Assembly: GCA_026129095.1 (NCBI GenBank) | Contig: JAHCIT010000004.1 | Location: 310,001 to 334,849 of the forward strand | Source of the DNA: Deltaproteobacteria bacterium | Lineage (GTDB): Bacteria > JAGRBM01 > JAHCIT01 | DNA length: 24,849 bases | Direction of reading: 5' to 3' | Shown: positions 1-9,929 of the stretch, in pieces | Numbering within the stretch: position 1 is the stretch's first letter | Layout of the letters: the number at the start of each line of letters is the position of its first letter | Notes under the pieces: generated by a model | Told to the model about the DNA's origin: nothing | The model's database searches: none | The model's input: only the letters and a program-made list of their open reading frames with translations | Position numbers and translations under genes: made by a program

Positions 1-1730
1 TCACCTGCCACGGAGAGCACCCGCCCCTTGCTGTACTGCCGCCCGGCGACCAGTGACATAGGCCTCCCATCCGGATACTTCAGTCTGGGATGGTTCATGA
101 GCGAGAACGCATCCGGCTTGAGCGGTCCCGTCAGGTTCATGCCTTCTACTGGCGGAAGCCGTTTCCAGAGTTTTTCATTCTCGTCCGGATCGGAAACCAG
201 CCGGGTCATGGGGTGGATACGCCCTGTCTGGGATAACTCGGGAGCGAAAGGAGCCGTCTCGTAGACCCGGCCCATGTCCAGCAGGCCAGCCCCCTGGAAC
301 CGCTCGAACGGCATCAGGTCACGGATGGCAGCCCAGTTGAAGTTGGTGTCGGAAAAACCCTGGTCGCCTCCGATTAATACCAGTCCACCACCCTGCTCGG
401 CCACGAACTTCCGCATGTTCTCCAGATGACCCAGGTTGATCCCGTAATGATCCTGGTACTGGAAGTTCTGCATGATCACGACATCAAAGGAAGGAAGCTG
501 ACGGTCAAAAATCTCGTCTGTCGGAAACGGAATCAGGGACAGGTCCCGCTCGGGAAAGTTCTGCATTCTCACCTGCGCCAGATCCCGCAGGATCATGAAC
601 GAGATCAGGTCGATATTGGGGTCACGCTTGAACAGCTGCCTCAGGAACCGGACGTCCCAGCTCGGATGCCCGACCACCTGAAGCACCCGGATCCGGTCGC
701 GGATCACGTTGAGAATAAAGGCCTTCTTGTTATTGTCGCGGATCCGTTCCACTTCGACAGGCGGAACCTGAACCTCGTAAATGAACTCACCTACCTCCTG
801 CGGCGAAAAAGACAGGGTGGCTTTCAGTGTGTGCGCGCCAGAATCAGGAACCTGGACCTGGGTCTGCGCGATCACTCCTCCCCCGAACCGGAGCTGGACT
901 GGCAGACGCTGGGCGGAAATGCCGCTGGTGCGAACGTGTATGGTGATTTCCGCCTGGTTCCTGATGAACGCATAGTCGTCCACCTCTAGCGAGGAGATCG
1001 CCACGTCCGGTATGGGCTCCTCGCCACCGACCAGAACCGTCGAGACGGGGGCATTCACCCCGGCAAGCCCGGCCTGCCGGAGCCGGTCGGCGAACACGTT
1101 TTCCCGGCGAGTGGCCTCGGAAAGCCCGGACAGGTCCGCGCCGTCGGAAACAATGACCACTCCGCTGGTCGGCTGATCCTTGATACGCCGGGCCATATCC
1201 ACGAGGAGCGAGGAGAAATCGGTCGAGAATCCCGCCACCGGCAGGCTCGCCCCCTCGCCCGCCATTCCGGGGAGCGGCGCGATCCGGAAATCATCGCCGC
1301 TGCCTGAAAAGCCGAGCATCCTTATGTCGTAGTTCTCGCGCCACTGATCCAGCGGGAGTCCACCTGCCGCCAGCCACCTTGTCACCGCTTCCCGGCGTTC
1401 GGCACCCCCGTTCGCGTCCGGAATCTCCATGCTTGGGCTCTGGTCAAAATACACGACCAGCTGGTTGCGGATCGGCTGTGTTTTCTGGAGCTGCACACGC
1501 GGGCCGGCAGCCGCCACGGCAATCGCCCCAACGGCGGCCAGACGCAGCAGCACCAGCAGCACTCCCCTGGCACCCCCGGCACGGATATCGGAAACGGCGC
1601 TGGCGAGCAGGGCTGCCACGAGTGCCACCAGGACATATAGAAACAGGCCTTCCAGCCGCTCCGAATAGACGATCTCCCAGCGATCGAAATCCCCGCCCGA
1701 AGCGGCCAGCCTGTCCATCAGTCCGTTCAC
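1..1730 (-). CDS. Membrane protein with N-terminal TM hairpin, vWA-like domain and class I glutamine-amidotransferase-like (GATase1_like) domain; partial, runs off window start
   Basis: Not in the ORF track because no stop lies in the window. Segments translated by hand from GTG at 1730 (GTGA overlap with the DUF4159 stop): MNGLMDRLAAS...LFLYVLVALVAALLASA...LLVLLRLAAVGAIAVAAAGP...VVYFDQSPSM (DxSxS), later RIRVLQVVGHPSWDVRFLRQLFKRDPNIDLISFMILR...FDVVIMQNF...GGGLVLIGGD, ending ...QYSKGRVLSVAG at the edge. Typical partner of MoxR/DUF58/BatA/DUF4159 loci. Confidence 0.85.
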   Translation of the reverse strand, partial: MNGLMDRLAASGGDFDRWEIVYSERLEGLFLYVLVALVAALLASAVSDIRAGGARGVLLVLLRLAAVGAIAVAAAGPRVQLQKTQPIRNQLVVYFDQSPSMEIPDANGGAERREAVTRWLAAGGLPLDQWRENYDIRMLGFSGSGDDFRIAPLPGMAGEGASLPVAGFSTDFSSLLVDMARRIKDQPTSGVVIVSDGADLSGLSEATRRENVFADRLRQAGLAGVNAPVSTVLVGGEEPIPDVAISSLEVDDYAFIRNQAEITIHVRTSGISAQRLPVQLRFGGGVIAQTQVQVPDSGAHTLKATLSFSPQEVGEFIYEVQVPPVEVERIRDNNKKAFILNVIRDRIRVLQVVGHPSWDVRFLRQLFKRDPNIDLISFMILRDLAQVRMQNFPERDLSLIPFPTDEIFDRQLPSFDVVIMQNFQYQDHYGINLGHLENMRKFVAEQGGGLVLIGGDQGFSDTNFNWAAIRDLMPFERFQGAGLLDMGRVYETAPFAPELSQTGRIHPMTRLVSDPDENEKLWKRLPPVEGMNLTGPLKPDAFSLMNHPRLKYPDGRPMSLVAGRQYSKGRVLSVAG

Positions 1731-2482
1731 AGCCGCCGCCTCTTCAGGATGAACGGGATATGGACCTGATCGCTCTTGTAGTCCACGTTCAGCGCATACA
1801 TGAAGATATTCAGGCCCATGCGGAACGCCCGTTCCCGGCCGGCCTCGCCAGCCGAAATCTGGTCATGAACAAACCCGCCATCCGACCGCCGGGCCCATGC
1901 ACCTCCAAGATCATTCCGGGAATACAGAATTGCCGTCCGGCCGCCCACCTGAACGCCTTCGATCTCCTTCGCGACGGAAAGCCGTCCCGGGGCGCCCTCC
2001 AGCAGGAAGAATGACTTGTAGATGTCATGATTGTGCGGAACCGGCATCATCGGATTCCGCGGAAACAGGCGCTCAGCGGTCAGCCGCACGCTCCGGTCGA
2101 AACCGCCGCCAGAAAGCCCCGTGCAATCGTCAAATACGATCGTGCCGCCAAAGGCGACATATTTTCGCAGATTGAAGATGGCGTTGTCCGGAAACGCATC
2201 GAACGCCTCGCAGCCAGTGATCCACAGCAGCGGCTGGTAGAACAGCTCCGGCGAATCCCACGCCAGATCGAGCCGCTCCGGGGAAACGACGATACTCGTA
2301 TGACGGGACAGGTAGATCATCAGCGAGCGGGCAGCCGTCGGATTCGGGTTCCAGATGCCACCGGGATACTGGAGCTGGGCAAAACGGACGCGCTGGCGAT
2401 CGGACTGCGCGGCTGCCGGATACGGCAACGCCGCCAGAGCGGCCATCACCAGCAGCACGGCGACGGGCAGCAGCCGCTTCAT
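1727..2482 (-). CDS. DUF4159 domain-containing exported protein
   Basis: Signal peptide MKRLLPVAVLL...AAAQ; motifs LFYQPLLWITG, LRKYVAFGGTIVFDD, HDIYKSFFLL, SRNDLGGAW, AFRMGLNIFMYALNVDYKSDQVHIPFILKR; ATGA overlap with the upstream gene. Confidence 0.9.
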   Translation of the reverse strand: MKRLLPVAVLLVMAALAALPYPAAAQSDRQRVRFAQLQYPGGIWNPNPTAARSLMIYLSRHTSIVVSPERLDLAWDSPELFYQPLLWITGCEAFDAFPDNAIFNLRKYVAFGGTIVFDDCTGLSGGGFDRSVRLTAERLFPRNPMMPVPHNHDIYKSFFLLEGAPGRLSVAKEIEGVQVGGRTAILYSRNDLGGAWARRSDGGFVHDQISAGEAGRERAFRMGLNIFMYALNVDYKSDQVHIPFILKRRRL

Positions 2483-4620
2483 GGTTTCCGTGCCCTCACT
2501 GTCAGTACGGACTCGGCCAGCAGCGCCAGTGCTAGCGCGAGAATGAACGTGCGGTAGAATTCTTCCCGCCGGCTGAGCGAGAAACTGGCACCCGTGATGA
2601 TTTCTCCCGACGGACCACCAACCGCGGACAGGGGGTACCGACGCGAAAGCTGCTCCAGCTGGGTTTCATCCAGGGGCTTAAGATCGGCCTCCACCGGATC
2701 AATGTTGACTGCGAACCGGATGCGCTCTCCGGCCCTCGCTCCTCCGCCCCAGGCAACGGTATAGATTCCGCGCTCCCATGTGTCAGTAATCCGCAGGGGA
2801 CGGTCACCGTCCGAATCGGCGATTTCCACCGGCAACTGCCGTCCGTCGGGAGTCTCGACCGTAGCGGTTTTTGCGCCCGGCGGAGCCATCAGTTCCACCG
2901 GGCGGGAGGCCGGGACATCAAGGGGGAGCGTGTCGCCCAGGGCCCCGCACAAATACTCGGTAATCCGGTGGATCAGCGGCAGGAAGACGGGCTTGAACAC
3001 GAGGTCCGACCAGTCCCGGTCCAGCGAGGACATCCAGACGAGCGACCGCCCCTGGCCCAGCTGCCGTTCCACCAGCATGGGCGCGCCGGAGCCAAGCCAC
3101 ATGAGTGCAGCGGCATCACCGCCGCCCGGCTCTCCGAGTCCATAGGCCGTGAACCTGACCGAACTGAACCCCCCGCCTTCCAGCGCCGTAAAGGGCCGGA
3201 ACACGGGATGCCCGGTGGCAAACCGGGACAGCCGCTCCCGGCGGTCGTCGCTGCCCTGTGCGAATACCGCATCCTCGCCGATGGCCCGGATTCCCCGCAG
3301 CCTGATGGGCAGGACCCTGCCCATCTGCTCGTTGTACCGGTCCGGGTCGATCTGGTCCCCAAGGGAAATGAAGAGTGAGCCGCCTTCTTCAATCCACCGG
3401 GCCAGCCTCGACACCGAATCGGATGGCAGTTCCCGCACGTTCATCAGCATCACGGCATCAATATCGTTATCCAGCGGGGGCAGTTCGCCTGCGGGTATCA
3501 CCCGGTACTGGAACCGTGTCTCCGCGGCGGGATTCGGGTGCAGCGCCTGGCGCACGTAGTAGCTCTCCGCACGCGAATCGAGCGCCTGCTGGTCGCCATC
3601 GACGATCAGGAGCTTCAGCTTGCGAAGGGGGTTCAGCACCAGATAGCGGCGGTTATCGGCCGGCAGGCGGTCGGCCTCCAGTTCAAGCCAGGAAACCTCC
3701 CCGCTTGTGAGTTCTGAAGCATCGTAGCTGATCCGTGCAGTGGCGACGGCCCCCGCCGGAGCCTGGACGGCGCCTCGCAGGATGCTCCGCCGGGCGGTGC
3801 GGAGTTCGAACTCGATATCGCCGCTGCCGCTTTCCATCAGGTTCGCCACGCGGGCTTCGGCTGTCGCCACGCTCGACTGGCCGGAGGCCTCGCTCACTGC
3901 CTGTGCGGAAACGATAGCCCTGTTATCCGTGGACCCGCTGGCCCGCACATCGATCAGCTTGAGCGCGGGTGCACCCGGTGGCGGGCTCCCCTGCCCTGGA
4001 GCCAGCTGCCAGGCGGCGGATTGCATGTCAGTAAAAAAATAAACCGACTTCAGTTCCAGCGGCGATTTTTCCAGAAGCACGGCCGCCTTCTCGACACGCG
4101 CAAGAGGATCGGGGGCGGCCCATTCGATCCGGATCCGGTCCAGCGACTGCAGCAGTTCCTTCTGCGACTGAATCAGGTTTTCCGGGTCTTCGTCCCGGCT
4201 GACCAGGGGGATCACGACCGCCTGGTCCTCGGGCTTCAGACTTGTCACCAGTGCACGAGCCAGCGAGAGGGCATGGTCGAACCTCGGCCCCGAACTTTCC
4301 CGGTAGTCCATGCTCGCGGAGTTGTCGACGATGATGGCGACCGCCTCCGGCTCCATGCCGCGCCCTACGCTCGTGTCCTTGATTGTCCGGTAGGGGCGTG
4401 CGATCCAGAATGTCAGCAGGATAATGGCCAGCATCCGGAGCAGCATGAGAAGCACGTCCTCAAGACGCCGCCGCCGCTGGGTGGGCGGCGGGCTCTCATC
4501 CACCAGGCGGATGGCCGGGAAACGGACGCGCTGTCCCCGGACCCGGTTGAACAGGTGAATGAGCAGCGGCACGGCTGCGAGAAGCAACCCGCCCAGCAGC
4601 GATATGTGGAGGAGCGACAT
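2479..4620 (-). CDS. BatA-domain/vWA membrane protein with a GAT-like middle domain and C-terminal TM
   Basis: N-terminal BatA signature (VPLLIHLFNR...VRFPAIRLV...LLMLLRMLAIILL..ARP); MIDAS motif VDNSASM plus FTDMQ; GAT-like region (DAVMLMNV...WIEEGGSLFISLG, GQGRSLVW..DRDWSDL); C-terminal LALALLAE helix. Confidence 0.88.
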   Translation of the reverse strand: MSLLHISLLGGLLLAAVPLLIHLFNRVRGQRVRFPAIRLVDESPPPTQRRRRLEDVLLMLLRMLAIILLTFWIARPYRTIKDTSVGRGMEPEAVAIIVDNSASMDYRESSGPRFDHALSLARALVTSLKPEDQAVVIPLVSRDEDPENLIQSQKELLQSLDRIRIEWAAPDPLARVEKAAVLLEKSPLELKSVYFFTDMQSAAWQLAPGQGSPPPGAPALKLIDVRASGSTDNRAIVSAQAVSEASGQSSVATAEARVANLMESGSGDIEFELRTARRSILRGAVQAPAGAVATARISYDASELTSGEVSWLELEADRLPADNRRYLVLNPLRKLKLLIVDGDQQALDSRAESYYVRQALHPNPAAETRFQYRVIPAGELPPLDNDIDAVMLMNVRELPSDSVSRLARWIEEGGSLFISLGDQIDPDRYNEQMGRVLPIRLRGIRAIGEDAVFAQGSDDRRERLSRFATGHPVFRPFTALEGGGFSSVRFTAYGLGEPGGGDAAALMWLGSGAPMLVERQLGQGRSLVWMSSLDRDWSDLVFKPVFLPLIHRITEYLCGALGDTLPLDVPASRPVELMAPPGAKTATVETPDGRQLPVEIADSDGDRPLRITDTWERGIYTVAWGGGARAGERIRFAVNIDPVEADLKPLDETQLEQLSRRYPLSAVGGPSGEIITGASFSLSRREEFYRTFILALALALLAESVLTVRARKP

Positions 4621-4626
4621 CCTGCC

Positions 4627-5565
4627 CTACCGCCGCCCCCGTCTTTCGAGCAGCCGGCGGCTGAGGAATGGCACCAGGGCCTCGTCCAGCGGGCGATCGG
4701 TGAACACCCGCTCCATGCTGCCTCCGAGACTCCGGAGGCCGCGTTCGATATCCGTTTCCAGTTTCCGGATACGCTCCAGATAGGCTGCGCGTGCCGCCTG
4801 TGAATCAGCCGGCCGGGCACCCTCGCCCTCGGTGCCCTCCATCTCCAGAAGTCCGGTAAACGGAAAGTCCCGTTCCACCGGATCCAGCACATGAAAAAGC
4901 ACAATCTCCTGCCGCCGGGCAGCAAGTTTCTCCAGTGGTCCCAGCAGTTCCATTGCACCATCGAGCGCATCGGTAAAAAGGACCGTGAGCCCCTGCGCCA
5001 GCGGCCGCTCCGAGAGTTGCGCTATCACGGCCGGAAATACCGGAGCTTTTGGCGATGGCCTGCTCGCCGCCAGGGCGCGCCCAATACGCTCCAGATGGGA
5101 GCTGCCCGATCTGGGCTGGAGCCAGTGAGCCGGCTCTGCACCGGACCCAAACAGGCCAACCCGGTCATGCTGCCCGATGAGCAGGTAAGCAAGCGCACCG
5201 GCCAGATGGCGGGCATATTCGAACTTGGTCCATACCCCGCCAAGCCTTGCCCCCGGCGGCACACCGGGCATCTCCCTGCTGGTGAAATCCATCGAACCCG
5301 AACAGTCGAGGCCGATCCAGCAGCGGATGGAGGTTTCGTGCTCGAACTGCCGGATATAAAGCCGGTCAGTCTTGGCGACCACACGCCAGTCGAGATGCCG
5401 CAAATCATCGCCCGGGTGGTACGAACGGTACTCCGAGAACTCGATGCTGTTCCCCTTTTGCGGAGAACGGTGGATACCGGCCCACACGCCCCGCGCGATC
5501 TTTTCCGTGCGAAGCGTGAACGGACTGATACTGGCCATGAGGGCGGGGTCGAGGACCTCGCGCAT
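4627..5565 (-). CDS. DUF58 domain protein (vWA-type MoxR partner)
   Basis: GIHRSPQKGNSIEFSEYRSYHPGDDLRHLDWRV.AKTDRLYIRQFEHE and LDCSGSM motifs; directly downstream of moxR. Confidence 0.93.
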   Translation of the reverse strand: MREVLDPALMASISPFTLRTEKIARGVWAGIHRSPQKGNSIEFSEYRSYHPGDDLRHLDWRVVAKTDRLYIRQFEHETSIRCWIGLDCSGSMDFTSREMPGVPPGARLGGVWTKFEYARHLAGALAYLLIGQHDRVGLFGSGAEPAHWLQPRSGSSHLERIGRALAASRPSPKAPVFPAVIAQLSERPLAQGLTVLFTDALDGAMELLGPLEKLAARRQEIVLFHVLDPVERDFPFTGLLEMEGTEGEGARPADSQAARAAYLERIRKLETDIERGLRSLGGSMERVFTDRPLDEALVPFLSRRLLERRGRR

Positions 5566-5595
5566 CCGGTTCGGTCTCCCTTGGGTCGGCTGACG

Positions 5596-6618
5596 TCAGG
5601 CAGCGCGCGCCGCGCGGTCCTCATCCAGCAGGCGTTCGATGACTGTATCCGGAGAAATCCCTTCCGCTTCGGCGCGGAAATTCCTGATCACCCGGTGGCG
5701 GAGGATCGGACAGGCGAGCGCACGGATATCCTCCACCGACGGGGCCATCCGGTTCTCCAGAAGCGCCCGGGCCTTTGCCCCGAGTATCAGGAACTGGCTG
5801 GCCCTGGGCCCGGCGCCCCATGACACCCATTCGCGGACGAAAGACGGCGAAGATGGGTCCTGCGGCCTTGTGCGGCGGGCAAGCTGGACCGCGTATTCCA
5901 CGACTCCATCCGCCACCGGCACCCGGCGCACCAGGTCCTGGATATTCAGCAGTTCCTCGCGGCTCACCACCTCGGCAATTTTCTGGGCCACATGCCCGGT
6001 CGTGCGGCGGACGATTTCCAGTTCCTCGTCCTGGCTCGGATAGTCCACCAGAACCGAGAACATGAACCGGTCGAGCTGGGCTTCCGGCAGGGGATAGGTG
6101 CCTTCCTGTTCCAGCGGATTCTGGGTGGCAAAAACCAGGAACGGCGGCTCAAGGCCATAGGTCTTGCCCGAGGCTGTCACCTTCTGTTCCTGCATTGCCT
6201 GAAGAAGGGCCGCCTGCGTCTTGGGCGAGGTCCGGTTGATCTCGTCGGCCAGCAGTATGTTTGTAAAGACCGGCCCGCGGATGAAGCGGAACTGCCGCAT
6301 GCCGGTGGCGCGGTCTTCTTCCAGGACTTCCGTTCCCGTCACATCGCCCGGCATGAGGTCTGGCGTGAACTGGATGCGGTTGAAATCGAGCGACAGCGCC
6401 TCGGCGAGCGACTGTATCAGCAGCGTCTTGGCGAGGCCCGGCACTCCTACGAACAGTCCATGCCCCCGCGCGAGCAGCGCCGTGAGCAGGATATCGATCG
6501 TCTGGTCCTGGCCAATGATCACCTTGTGGACTTCCTGAAGCACCTTCGCCTTCAGGGAGGTCACACTGCGGGCTGTCTCGACATCGCCCGGGACATTTTC
6601 TCTCAATTCATCGGACAT
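5596..6618 (-). CDS. moxR: MoxR-family AAA+ ATPase
   Basis: Walker A GVPGLAKT, RIQFTPDLMPGD, Walker B LLADEINR, ATQNPLEQEGTYPLPEAQLDRF, WGAGPRA, LRHRV. Start taken at ATG 6618; the GTG at 6651 is an alternative. Confidence 0.95.
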   Translation of the reverse strand: MSDELRENVPGDVETARSVTSLKAKVLQEVHKVIIGQDQTIDILLTALLARGHGLFVGVPGLAKTLLIQSLAEALSLDFNRIQFTPDLMPGDVTGTEVLEEDRATGMRQFRFIRGPVFTNILLADEINRTSPKTQAALLQAMQEQKVTASGKTYGLEPPFLVFATQNPLEQEGTYPLPEAQLDRFMFSVLVDYPSQDEELEIVRRTTGHVAQKIAEVVSREELLNIQDLVRRVPVADGVVEYAVQLARRTRPQDPSSPSFVREWVSWGAGPRASQFLILGAKARALLENRMAPSVEDIRALACPILRHRVIRNFRAEAEGISPDTVIERLLDEDRAARAA

Positions 6619-6656
6619 ACTGGCACTCTCTCTCCGGGACTCCGTGCGCAAACCGG

Positions 6657-8348
6657 TCAGGAGCTTTCAATCAGCCTGAGCGCCTGCACATGGCGGTCCC
6701 GTTCATCGGTTTTCTTGAGCCGGTCATATATCTGCACAAGGCGAATCCTGACCGGCATGTGAAACGGGTTGAAATCGAGGGCGCGGAGATAGGCGCTCTC
6801 GGCCTCACCCCACTCCTCCCTGGAAAAATGATAGTCTCCGAGCCTCTGGTACAACGTGACGTACTCGGGGTAGATTTCCAGCGCCTTGCTCAGCCGGTCA
6901 TGCACGCCATCCGTCACGCCGGCTGCCACCGAGGCGGCCGCGAACTTGCTGATAAAAACCGGTGAATGCGGGGCGCGGGAGAGTGCCTTGGAATATTCGA
7001 TCCGTGCCGCCAGGAAATGCTGGCGGGCGCGCAGCAAATCACCCAGACGGACGAAATTCTTTGCCTCCCTGGGCACATCCACGCCCGGCTCCTCGTCTTC
7101 TTCCTCGGCGTCGATCTTCTGGCCCGGATCGACCAGCCGGACCTGGGCCACATGGGCCGAACTGACAATCCGCAGCGGACGGCGCCGCGCATATTCGAGC
7201 CAGTCATCGAAAAAGGCGGCGAACGGTTTGCTGACACCGTACTCGATGGCCTGTTCGTAGGGTGCCCCTTTCGCCATCGAATCGTATATCCGGTTCAGGA
7301 CGTCATACCCGCCCTTCCCCAGATCCTCGACGATGTATTCGAGAATCAGCGCCACCTGCATGAATGCGAGGGCACTGTCCCGGTTGGAATCCAGATAGGC
7401 GAAGGACGGATGCATCCGGGCAATGGGGATGAGCTTGTTCTTCTTCAGAGCAGCCGCGAAGAGGGTTTCCTGTGAAGCCGACATCCCCCCGCGTGTTCCG
7501 CGCCAGAGATTTTCGAGATACTTGGCACTGCCTTCCTGGAACCAGACTGGCGCGCCATTGTTGGTCCGCCGGAAGACAAACATGTGGGTGAGTTCATGGG
7601 CGGCAGTGTCACGCCAGTCGTATCCGCGGGCGGTCGCGCCCGGCGAGGTAAACAGCAGCTTGTTGTACTTGCACAAGGCGATGGTGTTGGTCGTTTCGAT
7701 GGCGTTCCTGGGTATTCCGCTTGCATCCACGAACGCCGAACCGGTCGGCAGGATCTCCACCCGTATCTTGTTTTCGAAGGATGTACCGATCGCCTTGTTC
7801 AGTGCGTCGTACTGCGACTCCAGCGTCCGGATCGTCTCATCGACAATCAGTTCGTCCCGGCCCGGCGCGTACCCGACGATGAACCGGCCGGACTCGCGGA
7901 ACCGGAAGCCCTGGGTAGCCCGGATTGTCGCTTCCACGAACTGTTCATGCGCCTTCATCTGCTCGGGATCGACGCCCGGAGACTGGGCTCCGCCACTCGC
8001 GGCAACGATCTGTCCACCCGTCTCCAGCGCCTTTTTCACCAGCTCAAGGGCCCGCGGGTAGTTGCCCTCATAGAACGCCACGCGGCTGTCGTAATAGTCA
8101 TACTGGACAGGGTTGAAGGCCGCACGGCCGATGGTTTCGAGCAGCTTCCGGGCGCTGATCGGATCCCAGCGGTCATTCAGTTCGCGGTCAATGGAACGTG
8201 CGACCTGGGCAGGGGTGAACAGTTCCTGCCCGGCAGCGCCGGCGCTGCTGGAGGAAGCGGACCCGGCGCCCCACGTCAGCAGCCCCGCAAGCAGAGCGGC
8301 TGTGAGGATTGCAAACCTGCTACGCCGACTAGCTCCGGCGGGCCGCAT
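6657..8348 (-). CDS. Exported TPR-containing peptidase MA-like (gluzincin) protein
   Basis: ATG 8348 preceded by GAGGTGG; signal peptide ([26 protein letters not shown]); AHELTH zinc motif and WFQEGSA third-ligand motif; TPR-like helices at both ends ([42 protein letters not shown]). Confidence 0.85.
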   Translation of the reverse strand: MRPAGASRRSRFAILTAALLAGLLTWGAGSASSSSAGAAGQELFTPAQVARSIDRELNDRWDPISARKLLETIGRAAFNPVQYDYYDSRVAFYEGNYPRALELVKKALETGGQIVAASGGAQSPGVDPEQMKAHEQFVEATIRATQGFRFRESGRFIVGYAPGRDELIVDETIRTLESQYDALNKAIGTSFENKIRVEILPTGSAFVDASGIPRNAIETTNTIALCKYNKLLFTSPGATARGYDWRDTAAHELTHMFVFRRTNNGAPVWFQEGSAKYLENLWRGTRGGMSASQETLFAAALKKNKLIPIARMHPSFAYLDSNRDSALAFMQVALILEYIVEDLGKGGYDVLNRIYDSMAKGAPYEQAIEYGVSKPFAAFFDDWLEYARRRPLRIVSSAHVAQVRLVDPGQKIDAEEEDEEPGVDVPREAKNFVRLGDLLRARQHFLAARIEYSKALSRAPHSPVFISKFAAASVAAGVTDGVHDRLSKALEIYPEYVTLYQRLGDYHFSREEWGEAESAYLRALDFNPFHMPVRIRLVQIYDRLKKTDERDRHVQALRLIESS

Positions 8349-8766
8349 GGGGTTCCACCTCGGTCTCGATGAAGCGGATGATCTCTTCAGTAGATGCCCC
8401 GGGAAGGAATACGGCCCGGACACCGGCTTCGCGCAGCGCCGGAATGTCCTCGGGAGGAATGATTCCGCCGCCGAAAAGGATCACGTCCTTCATCCCCTTC
8501 TCGTCCAGCAGGCGCCGGATGAGCGGGAACTGGTGCTTGTGCGCCCCCGAAAGGACCGAGAGCCCCACTGCATCCACATCCTCCTGCAGGGCGGCGCTGA
8601 CGATCATTTCCGGCGTCTGGTGCAGGCCGGTGTAAATCACCTCGAAACCATGATCGCGGAGCAGCCGGGCGATGATCTTGGCGCCACGGTCATGCCCATC
8701 CAGACCGGGCTTGCCGATCAGAATGCGTGCGCGCCGCTGGTTTGGCATGCGTGCCGTTTCGGCCAT
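8329..8766 (-). CDS. Cobalamin-binding domain protein (methylmalonyl-CoA mutase C-terminal/small subunit type)
   Basis: [17 protein letters not shown] (DxHxxG base-off/His-on motif), [34 protein letters not shown]. Confidence 0.95.
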   Translation of the reverse strand: MAETARMPNQRRARILIGKPGLDGHDRGAKIIARLLRDHGFEVIYTGLHQTPEMIVSAALQEDVDAVGLSVLSGAHKHQFPLIRRLLDEKGMKDVILFGGGIIPPEDIPALREAGVRAVFLPGASTEEIIRFIETEVEPHAARRS

Positions 8767-8773
8767 CGCAGGG

Positions 8774-9148
8774 TCACCTCAGGATGTACAGGCTGCCGGG
8801 CTGATCGTTGTAGCCGATGGAGTAGTCGATATGGTCGGCATCGCCATCGAACAGGACGCTGAATTCCGCCGTCTCGCCAGGAGAAAGCGTTTCGCCATCC
8901 TTGACCATCGCCGTCACCGACTGCTGCGCTCCATTCCGGTTGCGCATGACGAAGGTGACCGTCACGACCGTTGCCGGAACCGGGCCGTCGTTGACGACCG
9001 TTCCGGACAGCACCGTCGGGCCGCTGCTCACGCGGGCTTCCATGATCGGTCCCGCAAGCTGGGGCCCAGCCTCGCTGCCAACGCAGGCCACCAGCAGCAG
9101 ACAGGCGGCGGCAAGCCATGCACTATGAATCTTTTTTACGTTTCGCAT
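8774..9148 (-). CDS. Lipoprotein with FxLYD/DUF3426-like Ig-like domain
   Basis: Start at ATG 9148 gives MRNVKK plus a hydrophobic stretch and LLVAC lipobox; pattern [20 protein letters not shown]...[11 protein letters not shown]. Confidence 0.7.
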   Translation of the reverse strand: MRNVKKIHSAWLAAACLLLVACVGSEAGPQLAGPIMEARVSSGPTVLSGTVVNDGPVPATVVTVTFVMRNRNGAQQSVTAMVKDGETLSPGETAEFSVLFDGDADHIDYSIGYNDQPGSLYILR

Positions 9149-9929
9149 CCGAAATAGACAGTACCTTTCCCTCGGAATCGGCCGCCCTCGAAGCCTCGCC
9201 GGGGTCCGGGGTCCCCGCATCTGAACGGTAAAAACGCTCATGGTCGTCGATGATACCGTCTAGTATCTGGCGCTGGAGCTTGAGCGCTCCCAGCGCGCGC
9301 TCACGTAGATAGCCCTTTTCAAACACAATGTCATCGCCGGCACGCGGCGAGCGCAGGACGAGAAACGCCAGCAGCACCTGTGCAAGATAAAGGAACCCCA
9401 CCGACAGGTACAGCGCGAGGTTGCGCTGGATGACGTCCACATACACCGCCCGCCGCGACATCGGCACCACCACTGCGCCGTAGTCAACCGGAGAACCTTC
9501 GAGCTGGAACAGCTGGGTCACGGCGATGGCATCTCCCCGAAGGCTCACCGTCCAACTCCTGCCCTCCTCGACGGCTCGGAGGATATCGGCCTTGACCGGG
9601 CCACGCTGCTCATCGGCAATCCGGTGGATGGAATACTGCGGGGCCAGCCGCGAATCGGCCACCAGCTTGCGGAAGCCCAGCTCGCTGTCCAGCCGCCGCT
9701 TCAGCTCGGACGGACTGTATTCGGCTCCCACGCGCTCGATTTCGGAAAAATACCGGGAGACGACGCGCGCGATCAGTTCGGCCGACGCCCGGTTGGCACG
9801 GACCAGCGTGTCGATCTCGCCCTTCATCTGGTAGGCAAGCCCCAGCAGGAGCCCAGCCAGCAGGAAGGCCTCCATGCAGATCACGGCGGAAGTACGGGCG
9901 CTCAGGAAGAACCGCTTGCCGGAGATCAC
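9123..9929 (-). CDS. Hypothetical membrane protein: two TM helices flanking a ~145-aa extracytoplasmic domain, short cytoplasmic tail
   Basis: GTGA overlap with the XRE gene stop; hydrophobic segments AVICMEAFLLAGLLLGLAY and LALYLSVGFLYLAQVLLAFLVL. Confidence 0.75.
   Translation of the reverse strand: MISGKRFFLSARTSAVICMEAFLLAGLLLGLAYQMKGEIDTLVRANRASAELIARVVSRYFSEIERVGAEYSPSELKRRLDSELGFRKLVADSRLAPQYSIHRIADEQRGPVKADILRAVEEGRSWTVSLRGDAIAVTQLFQLEGSPVDYGAVVVPMSRRAVYVDVIQRNLALYLSVGFLYLAQVLLAFLVLRSPRAGDDIVFEKGYLRERALGALKLQRQILDGIIDDHERFYRSDAGTPDPGEASRAADSEGKVLSISDAKRKKDS

Noticed and set aside
8349..8423. Longer start for the TPR peptidase
   Set aside because: Deep overlap with the B12-domain gene; ATG 8348 has an SD and yields a proper signal peptide
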